Shown piece after piece: positions 18,387 through 27,871 of a DNA stretch of 64,000 nt. The stretch is from a plasmid: the sequence record NZ_CP022071.1, one strand, 5' to 3'. The first letter of the stretch is position 1; each line of letters starts with the position of its first letter. The notes beneath the pieces are model-generated. The model did not search any database. It worked only from the letters and a program-made list of their open reading frames with translations, and had not been told where the DNA came from. The translations under genes and the position numbers were made by a program.

Positions 18387-20384
18387 TCAGGCTGCATCGG
18401 GCAGGGTGTGGTGGCTGTCTGCATCAGCACTGCCGTTTTCGGTATCAGATACGTCGTTTTCTGCATCAGGGGCGCGCATCCAGACAGGCACCCAACGGTT
18501 GTCACGCATTTTGTCCTCTGCCAGTTCAGCCGCATCACCCTTCTTCATCTTCTCCGCATCCCGCGCCGCGCCTGTCAGTCCGGCCTCATTCAGCGCGGCG
18601 ATGATTTGCGGTTTTTTAAGGCCAGTGAAGAAATCGGCCTTCGTCGGTTGCCACCAGTCGCGCAGATGGAAAGCGAGCGCGATTTCCAGCTTATCGAGCG
18701 GACTGCGGGTGGTGCCTCCGGCGCCGCGCATCTGCATACCGTCAAGACTGCATGCGGTGCAGAAACTGAGCAGGGCGGTAAGGTCTTTGGCGCTGAGGGT
18801 GAAAAAGGTGGTGAAGTCCTGTGTCCAGCCCTCCGGTAGCAACGTTTCAAGACGTTTTCCCTCCTGCGACAGCGTCACAAACGCAACACCGCTCTCGCCG
18901 GGCGGCGCATCCTTTGTCAGGGAGTAATGCTTACAGTTCAGGCTGATTTGAGCGGGTCGGTTATACGCGCCGCTGCTGAACACGTTCAGACACAGCGTCC
19001 ATGCCAGAAGCGCCAGGGATTTTTCCGGCTGCTGCATCAGTGCCGCCTGGACCGACAATGTCCGTTCTGCACACATTCTGGTCAGCAGGGGAACACTGAT
19101 TTCGTCCACAGGCTCCGGCTGGCGCTCATATACCGGAACCTGATCGGGTTCATCTTCCGTTTCAGACTGCTCACGCAGGCTCACCCCGCGCTGGACACAG
19201 ATTTCACCGTGACGCCATGACACCACCACGCCGGACTGTGCGCGCATTTCCAGCGTCCATGCCCGGAGTTGTGCCGCGCATTCGATGGCCTCTATCTCTG
19301 ACTCCATCGTGTCGGTTTCATCGCTGGCGGTCTGGTTTTCGTCGTACAGTTCCTGCAACTCGTCCAGGCGCTGCTGTTCCTGCTCCGTGTAAACCGCGTC
19401 AGGCTCATCCTGAATACGGTACACTTCGGTATCCTCACCATAGCGGCTGACAGGCTCCATCCGTCCCGCGCACCATGCCCAGCCCTCGGCCTCTTTCAGG
19501 CACTCCGCCACCCACTGAAGTTTTTCCAGCAGGGCCGTATCCAGCGCCAGTTTGTCCACAAAACCGCCCTGTTCGTCGCTGAACAGGTCTGCGCGGATTT
19601 CATCGCCGGAGAAAGCTTTTTCACCGACAAACGTATATTTGCTGTTGTTGAGGGTGGAAACCTGACTGTCGGTGATCAAATTACGGATCACGCGCACTTC
19701 CGGTTTATTGTTCCAGCCCTCTCGACACGCCGCCTCGTACACCTGCACCTGACGGTCGGGATTGTCCTCCAGCGCCAGCGCCTGACAGTGCTCCGTGGTG
19801 ATTTTGTCCGCAGCCAGCGCTTCCAGGATAACCGGAGCCAGCCCCGCGAGTTTCAGCATCCGCTGTACGTGACGGGGCGAATAGCCCAGCAGATCGCCAG
19901 TCTGTGCAGGAGTTTTGCCTTCCGCTGCCATCGCGCGGAATCCCGCAATTTGTTCGGCAGGGTGCATTTCCAGATGCTGCCCGTTCTCGGTCAGTGAAGC
20001 GGCGGTCGCCAGATTATCCGGCACAACCTTCACGCGGACAGGCCAGTCCGGGTGGATCGTGTTCTCAGTGGCCAACAGATTCATCGCCGCCAGACGGCGA
20101 CCGCCAGCGGCAACACCGTACAGGCCGTCAGGGAGGGCGTGAACAACCAGATTCTGGAGCAGTCCAATCCCTTTAATAGAGTCCGCCAGTTCGCGGACGC
20201 TCTCTGTGGAATACGGCACGATACGCACGTTCTGTGGGGATTTGACCAGTGCGGACAGCGGTACGTGTTGTTCTTCGGTCTGCGCCAGCACCGCCGACAA
20301 TACGGTGTTACTGGCACTGGCGGCGTTTTTCGCCTTACGGCTGGTTTTTACTGCGGATTTTGCATTAGAATTGGTAACTGACAT
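18387..20384 (-). CDS. Large ParB-like nuclease domain protein of leading regions (F YubM-like)
   Basis: 665 aa. The N-terminal ParB/Srx fold region (LQNLVVHALPDGLYGVAAGGRRL) is followed by a long acidic C-terminal region. Conserved position between ssb and psiB. Confidence 0.85.
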   Translation of the reverse strand: MSVTNSNAKSAVKTSRKAKNAASASNTVLSAVLAQTEEQHVPLSALVKSPQNVRIVPYSTESVRELADSIKGIGLLQNLVVHALPDGLYGVAAGGRRLAAMNLLATENTIHPDWPVRVKVVPDNLATAASLTENGQHLEMHPAEQIAGFRAMAAEGKTPAQTGDLLGYSPRHVQRMLKLAGLAPVILEALAADKITTEHCQALALEDNPDRQVQVYEAACREGWNNKPEVRVIRNLITDSQVSTLNNSKYTFVGEKAFSGDEIRADLFSDEQGGFVDKLALDTALLEKLQWVAECLKEAEGWAWCAGRMEPVSRYGEDTEVYRIQDEPDAVYTEQEQQRLDELQELYDENQTASDETDTMESEIEAIECAAQLRAWTLEMRAQSGVVVSWRHGEICVQRGVSLREQSETEDEPDQVPVYERQPEPVDEISVPLLTRMCAERTLSVQAALMQQPEKSLALLAWTLCLNVFSSGAYNRPAQISLNCKHYSLTKDAPPGESGVAFVTLSQEGKRLETLLPEGWTQDFTTFFTLSAKDLTALLSFCTACSLDGMQMRGAGGTTRSPLDKLEIALAFHLRDWWQPTKADFFTGLKKPQIIAALNEAGLTGAARDAEKMKKGDAAELAEDKMRDNRWVPVWMRAPDAENDVSDTENGSADADSHHTLPDAA

Positions 20385-20452
20385 TATTGATACTCCTTCA
20401 TGATATTAATAATTGTCTGCCGGACGTGTTCCCGTCCGGCACCTCTTACGGC

Positions 20453-20695
20453 TTACTGCGTTTTACGGATACCGTGGCTTTCGATACAGCGGTTGAGCCA
20501 GTACTCGCCGCCCGGTTCAAAATTCCAGCCCCGCCAGACCATTTCGCCGTCCTTACGCACAACCAAGCGAAGGTGCGTCCCCTGATCGTCTTCAATGGCG
20601 ACATTCTGATACTGTGCTGCCACCGCTTCGGCCTGTTCGTGGGTGAACGTGCCATCAGGCAGGGATTTCAGTGGGCTCATGATGTTGTCTGTCAT
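20453..20695 (-). CDS. Conserved small leading-region protein
   Basis: ~80-aa ORF between ssb and the ParB-like gene. Likely start is [12 protein letters not shown]. Confidence 0.5.
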   Translation of the reverse strand: MTDNIMSPLKSLPDGTFTHEQAEAVAAQYQNVAIEDDQGTHLRLVVRKDGEMVWRGWNFEPGGEYWLNRCIESHGIRKTQ

Positions 20696-20749
20696 CGTGT
20701 TCTCCTGGATAAGCCCCGTCAGACGGGGCATCAGTGAAAATTTACCGAG

Positions 20750-21268
20750 TCAAAAGGGAATATCATCGTCGAAGTCATACGCCGGATCGGGTTGCGCTGG
20801 CGGCTGCTGCGGTGCTGCTGCGTTTTTCCCTTTTGCTGCATTTCCCGCCCCTTTTACCGCTTTGCCTTCTCCCTTTGCCGCCGTAGGTGGGGTCTGAGGC
20901 TCCTGCTGTGGCTGGCTGTTGTGGCGACCGAGCATCTGCATGGTGCCGCCCACGTTAACGATCACTTCGGTGGTGTATTTGTCCTGACCGGACTGATCGG
21001 TCCATTTGCGGGTGCGTAACTGGCCCTCGATGTAGACCTGAGCACCTTTACGCAGATATTCACTGGCAATTTCAGCGAGCTTGCCAAACACGACAACACG
21101 GTGCCATTCGGTGTGTTCGCGCATCTCCCCGTCCTGCCTGACACGCCATGTTTCTGACGTGGCGAGGGTAAGATTTGCCACCGCGCCCCCGTTGGGCATG
21201 TAACGTACTTCCGGGTCCTGCCCGATATGACCGACCAGAATAACTTTGTTTACGCCACGTGCTGCCAT
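20750..21268 (-). CDS. ssb: Plasmid single-stranded DNA-binding protein
   Basis: OB-fold N-terminus [39 protein letters not shown]...W, with the acidic tail DFDDDIPF. Confidence 0.95.
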   Translation of the reverse strand: MAARGVNKVILVGHIGQDPEVRYMPNGGAVANLTLATSETWRVRQDGEMREHTEWHRVVVFGKLAEIASEYLRKGAQVYIEGQLRTRKWTDQSGQDKYTTEVIVNVGGTMQMLGRHNSQPQQEPQTPPTAAKGEGKAVKGAGNAAKGKNAAAPQQPPAQPDPAYDFDDDIPF

Positions 21269-21897
21269 GATAAATCTCCTTAATGCGTTGTTTTGACTTT
21301 AAAAACCATCACCCGTTGAGTTTCGGGAGCCGCGGTTTTGACGTTTTGCGGGGACCTGCTGTTCTGTTCCCTCTGGTACTGCCATCACCCGTTTGAGAAC
21401 CTTCGCCGCAAGGGGCATCACTGCCACGGCCCGACGCACCTGTCCGGGGCAGAACGCAAAAGTTTTTGCCGGCCTTTTACGGCAAAAAGTTTTGTGGGTT
21501 GTTCATTTCACCTTGGACAGCCAGTGCGGCGGGTTGTGGCTGTATCAGCCCCCGGCGACAGGGACTTAAACGGGTAACGGCACCAGAAGCGGAGATGAGC
21601 AGGAACCCGCCGCAACGTCGGGACGCGGCACGCGAAACGGCGTTGCGCCTTACAGCCCGGCAGCCTTACCGCCGGGGTGCGAAAAGCGCAGGAAACGGCG
21701 CGCCAGGGGCGGCGTGACCGGAACGGTCGCAGCAAGCCTGCCGTTGACGTTGCGACAGTGGGATGGAAACCCGCTGCCCCGAAGGGGCCGGGCAGAGACA
21801 GCGCAGCTGGCTCGGTGCGCAGCATGACAGTCCCGGTTCCCGTCAGGGAAGTCGCCCGGCGTCAGCGAAATCTGTCAGGGAATATCAGCAGCAGAAT

Positions 21898-21969
21898 GAA
21901 CAGGAACAGGAACAGGAACAGGAACAGGAACAGGAACAGGAACAGGAACAGGAACAGGAACAGGAACAG
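21898..21969. repeat. Tandem hexanucleotide microsatellite (GAACAG)x12
   Basis: Twelve perfect head-to-tail units. The overlapping ORFs translate to (NR)n or (EQ)n, which I take as artefacts. Confidence 0.95.
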
Positions 21970-21998
21970 GCAGCGTATTATCACCGGCAGGAAGAAAA

Positions 21999-22367
21999 TC
22001 ACACACCCCGGCCAGAAAAAAACATCACCCGGCATGCGTAAAATCCGGCCAGCGACAGGCAGAATGCATCAGGAATGGCGCTATTTTTTAACCTCATCCT
22101 CTTTTCTGGCATATTCCGGGGCATTCTTGTCCGGGAGTTGCGCAAATACTCCAGCCGCGCCCGGAAATACTCTCTCAAATGCTCAGGCTGTTCTCTGACG
22201 ACAAGCTCAGCGACCACCGGCATCGCCAGCCTTTCTTTATAGACCACGCCTGAAGCAACCAGGTCAATGGCCACTTTATCCTGCTCTTCTTTAGTTGTTG
22301 CCGCCAGATTCAGTCCGGACATCACATCCTCCGACAGAAATGGAAACCGGCTGTAAGTGTACGCCAT
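21999..22367 (-). CDS. Hypothetical leading-region protein
   Basis: 122-aa ORF. The true start is probably internal ([17 protein letters not shown]). Confidence 0.3.
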   Translation of the reverse strand: MAYTYSRFPFLSEDVMSGLNLAATTKEEQDKVAIDLVASGVVYKERLAMPVVAELVVREQPEHLREYFRARLEYLRNSRTRMPRNMPEKRMRLKNSAIPDAFCLSLAGFYACRVMFFSGRGV

Positions 22368-22557
22368 CAGAGGCAGATGGGGAAAAGGGCAGGGAGCGGC
22401 GCGAAGCGCGGCCCCTGTCCTTCCCCCCGCAGGCGCCAGCCTGCAGGTTTTTTCGCGCGGGCTGACAGGCGCCCTCCCCGCCTGCCATCATGCCTGACTG
22501 CTTTTTCCGCCCTGTAAGAGGAAGTGACCACCGGTGTACACGGCGCACTAATATCTG

Positions 22558-22992
22558 TCAGTAGTTTCCTTCGGTCAGGTTATGCGCCGGGATATTTGTG
22601 GAAAGCAGGTATCGCAACGTATCCAGCGCGGTTTCTTCTTCAGCAGCCCTGTCCTGCGTCTGGTAACGAGGAAGGTTCATTCCGGCTTCCATCAGGGGTA
22701 AAAGCGTGCGCAGCACATCTTCAGGTACAGCAATCTGGCGCGGTGGGCGCAGTGCGACTAACTCGCGTAATACACCCTCAACAAAATTCTGGCCAATACC
22801 ATCACGCCAGAGCGCATCACTGTCCGACTCGCCAATGGCGCGCAGTACGGCCTGTATGTCATCAGCGGTCGGATTAAACTCCGCCCCCATTTCCCGCACA
22901 TCGCCTTCACACCAGATGATGACAGCGATTTTTTCGTGATTCTCATACACTTTCAGTAAGTCGCAGCAGATGGTGCTGACGGTTCCGTACAT
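22558..22992 (-). CDS. Conserved leading-region hypothetical protein, paralog A
   Basis: MYGTVSTICCDLLKVYENHEKIAVIIWCEGDV...; it is clearly a paralog of ORF 24825..25238. Confidence 0.6.
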   Translation of the reverse strand: MYGTVSTICCDLLKVYENHEKIAVIIWCEGDVREMGAEFNPTADDIQAVLRAIGESDSDALWRDGIGQNFVEGVLRELVALRPPRQIAVPEDVLRTLLPLMEAGMNLPRYQTQDRAAEEETALDTLRYLLSTNIPAHNLTEGNY

Positions 22993-23058
22993 AACAGACT
23001 CCTCTTAAATCAATGAATGACAGTTACAGCGGGGCGGCATCGCCGCCCCGTCGGTTAA

Positions 23059-23493
23059 TCAGTCGAGCGCGGCGTAAATAGCGTTGCATTCAGGGTGAAA
23101 CGTAATGTGATTCCAGAGCTGGGTATCACGCAGCATATACAGGCGAGTGAGCGCAGCGTTGCCGCAGTCGTGATGCGTCCAGCAACGGCGGTTAATGGCG
23201 AGCGAAGTCAGAATAATTCCGGCAGCGTCGGCGCTGACGGTACGATCAAACCAGTTTTCACCGTTGATCATGTGTACCCGATCGCAGTCGGGCATCATGT
23301 ATCCGCCGCCTTCCGGCAGACGGATAAAATGCCAGAAACCACCGTTGTATTCAGGCATCCATTTTTTCGCCAGGGCATATAACTGTAATTCAGCCAGCAT
23401 AAAATCGTTGCCGAACATGTACGGCAGGAAAGACAGGCGGTCGGATTCTTCAACGTTAATAACACGCGCACGTTGCTGATTTGAATACTGCAT
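23059..23493 (-). CDS. klcA: KlcA/ArdB-family antirestriction protein
   Basis: [56 protein letters not shown]...[10 protein letters not shown]...[12 protein letters not shown] aligns along its length with RK2 KlcA. Confidence 0.8.
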   Translation of the reverse strand: MQYSNQQRARVINVEESDRLSFLPYMFGNDFMLAELQLYALAKKWMPEYNGGFWHFIRLPEGGGYMMPDCDRVHMINGENWFDRTVSADAAGIILTSLAINRRCWTHHDCGNAALTRLYMLRDTQLWNHITFHPECNAIYAALD

Positions 23494-23911
23494 AAAACCT
23501 CCGTAATCACATATTCCGCGACACCGGGCGGTGCCGTGCATCCATACCAGTCGGGCGATCAATCGTGGATGCAAGGGCGCAAGGGAAGCCGCAGCCTGAC
23601 GCGCACGGAAGACGGGAGCTGAAGGGTGAGACCGTGAAACCTGAACGGTCGAACGACCGGAAGATCGCGGCTGACGTGAAGGAAGGACCGGGTGACCGCC
23701 GCGTGCACTTTACCCTTGTATCCACGACAGCCCGACTACGATGGATGCACGGCACAGCCCGCACACGACACAGGACTGTCAGAGTGGAAAACCACAAGGC
23801 GACGGCCGGCAGGCCTGAGCCGGGTGAATGCGGAGCCGAAAAGGCGACATCCTTTTGCCTGTTTTGCCTGTCGTCCCCGGCATCGTCGCAGTCGCCGGCT
23901 GAAAAACTGAA

Positions 23912-23941
23912 AAAAGAGAAGGAGACCTCCCCTTCTCTTTT
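23912..23941 (-). terminator. Rho-independent terminator downstream of ORF 23989..24900
   Basis: On the minus strand: aaaagagaagg-ggaggtct-ccttctcttttTT, an 11-bp stem followed by a T-run. Confidence 0.5.
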
Positions 23942-23988
23942 CTTTCTCGTTACCGTTTACAGCTTATCGTTCACCGCACACAGCTTAT

Positions 23989-24777
23989 TTAACGGATGTT
24001 GCCTGTGAAACTCCGGGCTTCGTTCACCACATCCCGGAGCACGCGGCGGTCAAGCCAGCGGCGGTTCGGTTCCCCCGGGAAGCGCAAACAGTCGGTTATC
24101 ACGCCGGCGGCTTCGATTTCTTCCTCCGGCTCATTAACCAGCGTCAGCAGCACCGGGCAGAAACGGGCGTTACGTACCAGTACCGCGTCCAGCACCTTAT
24201 CCAGTCCGTCCTCGTCCTCTTCGTCAAGCCAGTTATCATGGTCGTATTCATCGGCCAGTAACCGCCAGTTCCCGATGCGTTTTTCCATCAGGCGGGACTC
24301 GCCGGACGGTGCCAGCGCCGCCGCGATGCGCTTCGTATCCTGGCGGACAATTTCACATACCCGGTCAGCGGACGCTTTCAGGAACGCCAGCAGGTCGGCA
24401 TATTCGTCCGTGGTCAGCCACTCCTGAGCATACGGAAGGCGAATTTCAGTGCATTCGCGTACCGTGGCAGGGTGCGGATATGCCTGTACCGGGTACAGAT
24501 GTAACCGGACTGGCGTCCCCGCCAGCCGCTGCGCACTGGCCGTCAGCAGTTGCGCCCGTCCATAATTAAGGGGCTGACAAAGATGCGTCGTCAGTGCCAA
24601 GATTTCGGCAGCACTGAGCACACCGCAGACGGCCAGCCAGCCGGGCACCACACCGGGGGCCACCTGCGTCACGCCGACGGTTTCGGGCCAGCCGGACCGG
24701 CGTAACAGATTATCTCCGTGGCGCACTATCAGCGTACTGAGCGTGTTTCTCATTGTGTTGTTCCTCTTCGTGTTCAT
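23989..24777 (-). CDS. Conserved leading-region hypothetical protein with an acidic C-terminus
   Basis: Long ORF. The start is uncertain: MNTKRNNTMRNTL or further upstream, with the ORF-track maximum at 24900. Confidence 0.5.
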   Translation of the reverse strand: MNTKRNNTMRNTLSTLIVRHGDNLLRRSGWPETVGVTQVAPGVVPGWLAVCGVLSAAEILALTTHLCQPLNYGRAQLLTASAQRLAGTPVRLHLYPVQAYPHPATVRECTEIRLPYAQEWLTTDEYADLLAFLKASADRVCEIVRQDTKRIAAALAPSGESRLMEKRIGNWRLLADEYDHDNWLDEEDEDGLDKVLDAVLVRNARFCPVLLTLVNEPEEEIEAAGVITDCLRFPGEPNRRWLDRRVLRDVVNEARSFTGNIR

Positions 24778-24824
24778 ACAGTTGTGATTGATACCCCGCC
24801 CGTCACCCGGTACGGGGTGGTACG

Positions 24825-25238
24825 TTACGCCGCCAGCGCCAGTTGCCTGAGCCGCGCAATATCGACCTGAGCGTCGGCAACGCCGGGGTACTCCTGACAT
24901 ACAAGAGGCCAGGCCTGAGCGTCCTCCGTATCCAGCGCCCGCCCGGCGATATTCGTCACCCTTGCCAGCAGGTCGGCGGGAACACTGACGGTCGGGATTT
25001 CAGTCCGTAATCCGGCGTACAGCGCCTGTACCGTGCTGTCTGAAATACCGTCTCCGGTATGTTCGCCCATACCTTTTCGGCCAATCTCACGCAAAATCGC
25101 ATCGGCCTCCACTTCGGTCATCGCCTGAGTCAGTGACATAACGTCCTGCTTCGTCCAGATCAGCAGGGCAAAACGCTCGTCGTTGCCAAACATGCGTTTC
25201 AGCTTTGAGTTCAGTTCTTTACGTGTGCCATACATCAT
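24825..25238 (-). CDS. Conserved leading-region hypothetical protein, paralog B
   Basis: MMYGTRKELNSKLKRMFGNDERFALLIWTKQDVMSL...; homologous to ORF 22558..22992. Confidence 0.6.
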   Translation of the reverse strand: MMYGTRKELNSKLKRMFGNDERFALLIWTKQDVMSLTQAMTEVEADAILREIGRKGMGEHTGDGISDSTVQALYAGLRTEIPTVSVPADLLARVTNIAGRALDTEDAQAWPLVCQEYPGVADAQVDIARLRQLALAA

Positions 25239-25293
25239 GATTTTCTCCGTTGGTTCAGTGGGGCGGCACCGCCGCCCGTGGTCTCGTCATCTG

Positions 25294-25515
25294 TCAGTCT
25301 TTAAAACACTCATTGAGCATCAGGCTTTCGTTGTACGCTTCATCCAGCAGGGTGTTGATACGCCGCAGACTCTGCCCGGCCAGTCGTTCAGTAAGTCCGT
25401 GACGCTGCCAGTGATAACGCTCTTCCAGCACTTTCAGGGTGGCGCGCAGGTCGCACATGCTGTTGGCCAGCGCCGCCACTTCTGCGCGGAGTTTTTCGTG
25501 TCCGGAATAGTTCAT
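25294..25515 (-). CDS. Small protein translationally coupled to the methyltransferase
   Basis: 73 aa. Its ATG shares a base with the methyltransferase stop (TAATG on the minus strand). Confidence 0.5.
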   Translation of the reverse strand: MNYSGHEKLRAEVAALANSMCDLRATLKVLEERYHWQRHGLTERLAGQSLRRINTLLDEAYNESLMLNECFKD

Positions 25516-26195
25516 TACGCGGCCTCCGGATAAAAGACGTCGTTGGCGGCCGGGCGTTGCATGGCGCGCTGTACGGCTGTCAGGCGCTCAATCCCGGCTT
25601 TGTGGTACTGCTCCATCAGCTCGATACCGATATATCTGCGCCCCGCCTGTAACGCGGCAACGCAGGTGGAGGCGGAGCCGGCAAACGGGTCGAGAACAAT
25701 GGCGTTCGTGTGTGTGAAAGACTCAATCAGCGGTTGCAGGCTGGTAACGGGCTTTTCCGTCGGGTGGTGGCGATTGCCGGAATACTTCCAGCCGAGGACA
25801 TCCGGCAGCGGGTTCTGTGGCAGGGCCGGACGGCCTTTCGCCAGCACGTAAGCGCATTCATGGCGGTAGCCGACATACGCGGATTTTGACGAGTAGTTTT
25901 TGGTGAATACCAGGTGTCCGACCACGCTGAAACCGGCACTTTTCCAGGCCGCCATGAAACGGTCCACGCGGTTCCAGCCGTAGAAACTGACCAGCAGCGC
26001 ATCTTTTTTGAGTACGCGGTACATCTGGTTACAGGCGGGTTGCAGCCACTCGTCGGTTCTGTCACCGGCAATACTGCGGCCGGAACGGTCACGGAATCCG
26101 ACAAGGTAAGGCGGGTCGGTCAGAATGAAATCGACGGCGCGCTCCGGAAAGCCGGACATAATATCGACACAGTTCCCCAGGATTAAACGGGACAT
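25515..26195 (-). CDS. Orphan DNA methyltransferase (N6-adenine / N4-cytosine class, DPPY motif)
   Basis: Motifs FILTDPPYLVGF and DPFAGSASTCVAA. No cognate restriction endonuclease is adjacent. This is the typical leading-region anti-restriction methylase. Confidence 0.9.
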   Translation of the reverse strand: MSRLILGNCVDIMSGFPERAVDFILTDPPYLVGFRDRSGRSIAGDRTDEWLQPACNQMYRVLKKDALLVSFYGWNRVDRFMAAWKSAGFSVVGHLVFTKNYSSKSAYVGYRHECAYVLAKGRPALPQNPLPDVLGWKYSGNRHHPTEKPVTSLQPLIESFTHTNAIVLDPFAGSASTCVAALQAGRRYIGIELMEQYHKAGIERLTAVQRAMQRPAANDVFYPEAA

Positions 26196-26275
26196 AGAGA
26201 TTCCTCGCGGTTACAGGAGGCACCGGGAGGGCGTCCCTGTGACGCCCGTTCCCCGCTGCCTGTGGGCTGTTCACC

Positions 26276-26367
26276 GCGTCCGGTAACGGGTCAGGCCGAC
26301 CGTGGAATAACGAGCCGACAGTCCTCACCGTCGGTGAGTTTATGCCGCGAAAGCGGCTTGAAGGGCG
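26276..26367. repeat. Copy 1 of a ~92-bp direct repeat in a GC-rich structured island (Frpo-like candidate)
   Basis: gcgtccggtaacgggtca..gccgaccgtggaataacgagccgaca...ttatgccgcgaaagcggcttgaagggcg recurs at 27468-27560. It contains a GNRA-loop hairpin gccgc-gaaa-gcggc (26344-26357). Confidence 0.8.
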
Positions 26368-26576
26368 TTCATCAGAAGGCGAGTGCCGGGCGCATAATAG
26401 CGACAGCGCCCGGCAGGAGCAGAAAAATCGCCCGTCCCGTGCCCGGCCGGACGCGGGATACTGACCACAGGCAGCGTTGCTCCCGCGCCGCCGGCGCTGG
26501 CGCCGAAAAAAGAGGAGCTGCGCGACATCATTATTCATTCAGGAAGTACCAGGCAGACGTACTGCCCGGCAGATTA

Positions 26577-26933
26577 TCAGCGGGTGATATCCCGCCAGTC
26601 ATTCCCCCACTCATCGCGCAGTACCGGCGCATCCGTTGAGCCGGTCACTGTCCACGCATCGAGGAACTTCAGACCACGCAGGATACTGTTTTCCACGTCA
26701 TCGAGCAGAATGATGCTGTTAAACCAGACCACGCCTGTTTCATATTCCCACCGATGCCGGTCATCCTCGCGTTTCAACGATGGCCACCAGGTGCGCCCCA
26801 TTTGCAGAACACCCGCTTCGGCATGCTCCAGGTCAGTCGCGGAAACCAGGTAATGCACCATCATTTCAGTGCCATTGACGTCGACACTCAGGCCAACAAG
26901 CCAGGTATCATTAATGTTTGAATTATTATCCAC
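26577..26933 (-). CDS. Acidic Trp-rich hypothetical protein (downstream member of a coupled pair)
   Basis: 118 aa. It overlaps the upstream ORF by 8 nt. Confidence 0.5.
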   Translation of the reverse strand: MDNNSNINDTWLVGLSVDVNGTEMMVHYLVSATDLEHAEAGVLQMGRTWWPSLKREDDRHRWEYETGVVWFNSIILLDDVENSILRGLKFLDAWTVTGSTDAPVLRDEWGNDWRDITR

Positions 26934-27396
26934 CGCGCTTCACCTCATCGATTGCCCATTGCAGATGGCTCCAGTTGAACCCGTCATTCGCATCATGGCA
27001 GTGCTGTGCCAGCTCCATCGCCGCATCGATATCGTCTTCCGTGAGCGAACTGTCCAGCGCCAGAAAATCACTGGCCAGCCAGAACGTACCGCAGCACAGC
27101 GCATCATCAGGAAACCGGGAAAGACGCTGTTTAAACGCAGCGACTGTCATATTGCGGGACAGCGTGATACAGGCCGGAAAAACACTGTCTGCCACATCGT
27201 TCCAGCTCCACTCATCACTGTCTGGTACTGGTCGCTCCACGGTTTCCGTGGTCACACCAGGCAGACGGGATAAACGTTCCAGAATATCCCCCAGGTACAG
27301 CTTCTCGCCGCTGCCGTCTTCACTGGACAGATAATGTCCGTTGATATAAAGCGCAAACTCGCCATTTTCCAGGTCGATACAGGTCACTCTGAACAT
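26926..27396 (-). CDS. Acidic hypothetical protein (first gene after Frpo-like repeat copy 2)
   Basis: 156 aa, rich in D/E. It lies directly 3' of the repeated structured element on the minus strand. Confidence 0.55.
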   Translation of the reverse strand: MFRVTCIDLENGEFALYINGHYLSSEDGSGEKLYLGDILERLSRLPGVTTETVERPVPDSDEWSWNDVADSVFPACITLSRNMTVAAFKQRLSRFPDDALCCGTFWLASDFLALDSSLTEDDIDAAMELAQHCHDANDGFNWSHLQWAIDEVKRGG

Positions 27397-27467
27397 AAGA
27401 TTTTCCTCAACATCCGGCAGGAGGCATCACCGCGATACCGTTCCCTGCCGCACGCTGCCTGTTCGTC

Positions 27468-27560
27468 GCGTCCGGTAACGGGTCAACGCCGACCGTGGAA
27501 TAACGAGCCGACAATTCTCATCGTCGGCGAGCTTATGCCGCGAAAGCGGCTTGAAGGGCG
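27468..27560. repeat. Copy 2 of the ~92-bp direct repeat (Frpo-like candidate)
   Basis: ~90% identical to 26276-26367, in the same orientation, with the same GNRA hairpin. Confidence 0.8.
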
Positions 27561-27871
27561 CCCTTAAACTGGCGAGGGTATGGAGTACAATCACAACGAC
27601 GCCAGCGCCCGTCCCGTGACAGGCCGGACGCGGCACACTGGCAGCGGGTGGCAGTCAGCATCAGGTGTGCAGGAATGGCCGGGGTGACAACAGGAGCTGA
27701 AGGGAAACACCAGAGGAGGACAGATGACATACCAACAGTTCTGCGTTGCTCCTCCACAGGGTTATTAACTGATTCTGTGGATAACCTGACATCTGTTTTT
27801 CCAGGCAGAACAGTTATCTGAGGGGAAACAGTAAAATTTCACTTGCAGGACAGAAAATATCTTAAATAATG

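Noticed and set aside
17901-18927. 312-aa and 307-aa plus-strand ORFs
   Set aside because: Antisense to psiB and the ParB-like gene in a GC-rich region. No start context or motifs.
21898-21969. Possible CRISPR array
   Set aside because: Units are 6 bp with no spacers. This is a microsatellite, not repeat-spacer architecture.
21677-22198. ORFs encoding (NR)n and (EQ)n repeat proteins
   Set aside because: They are just translations of the (GAACAG)12 microsatellite in two frames. I treat the repeat as non-coding.
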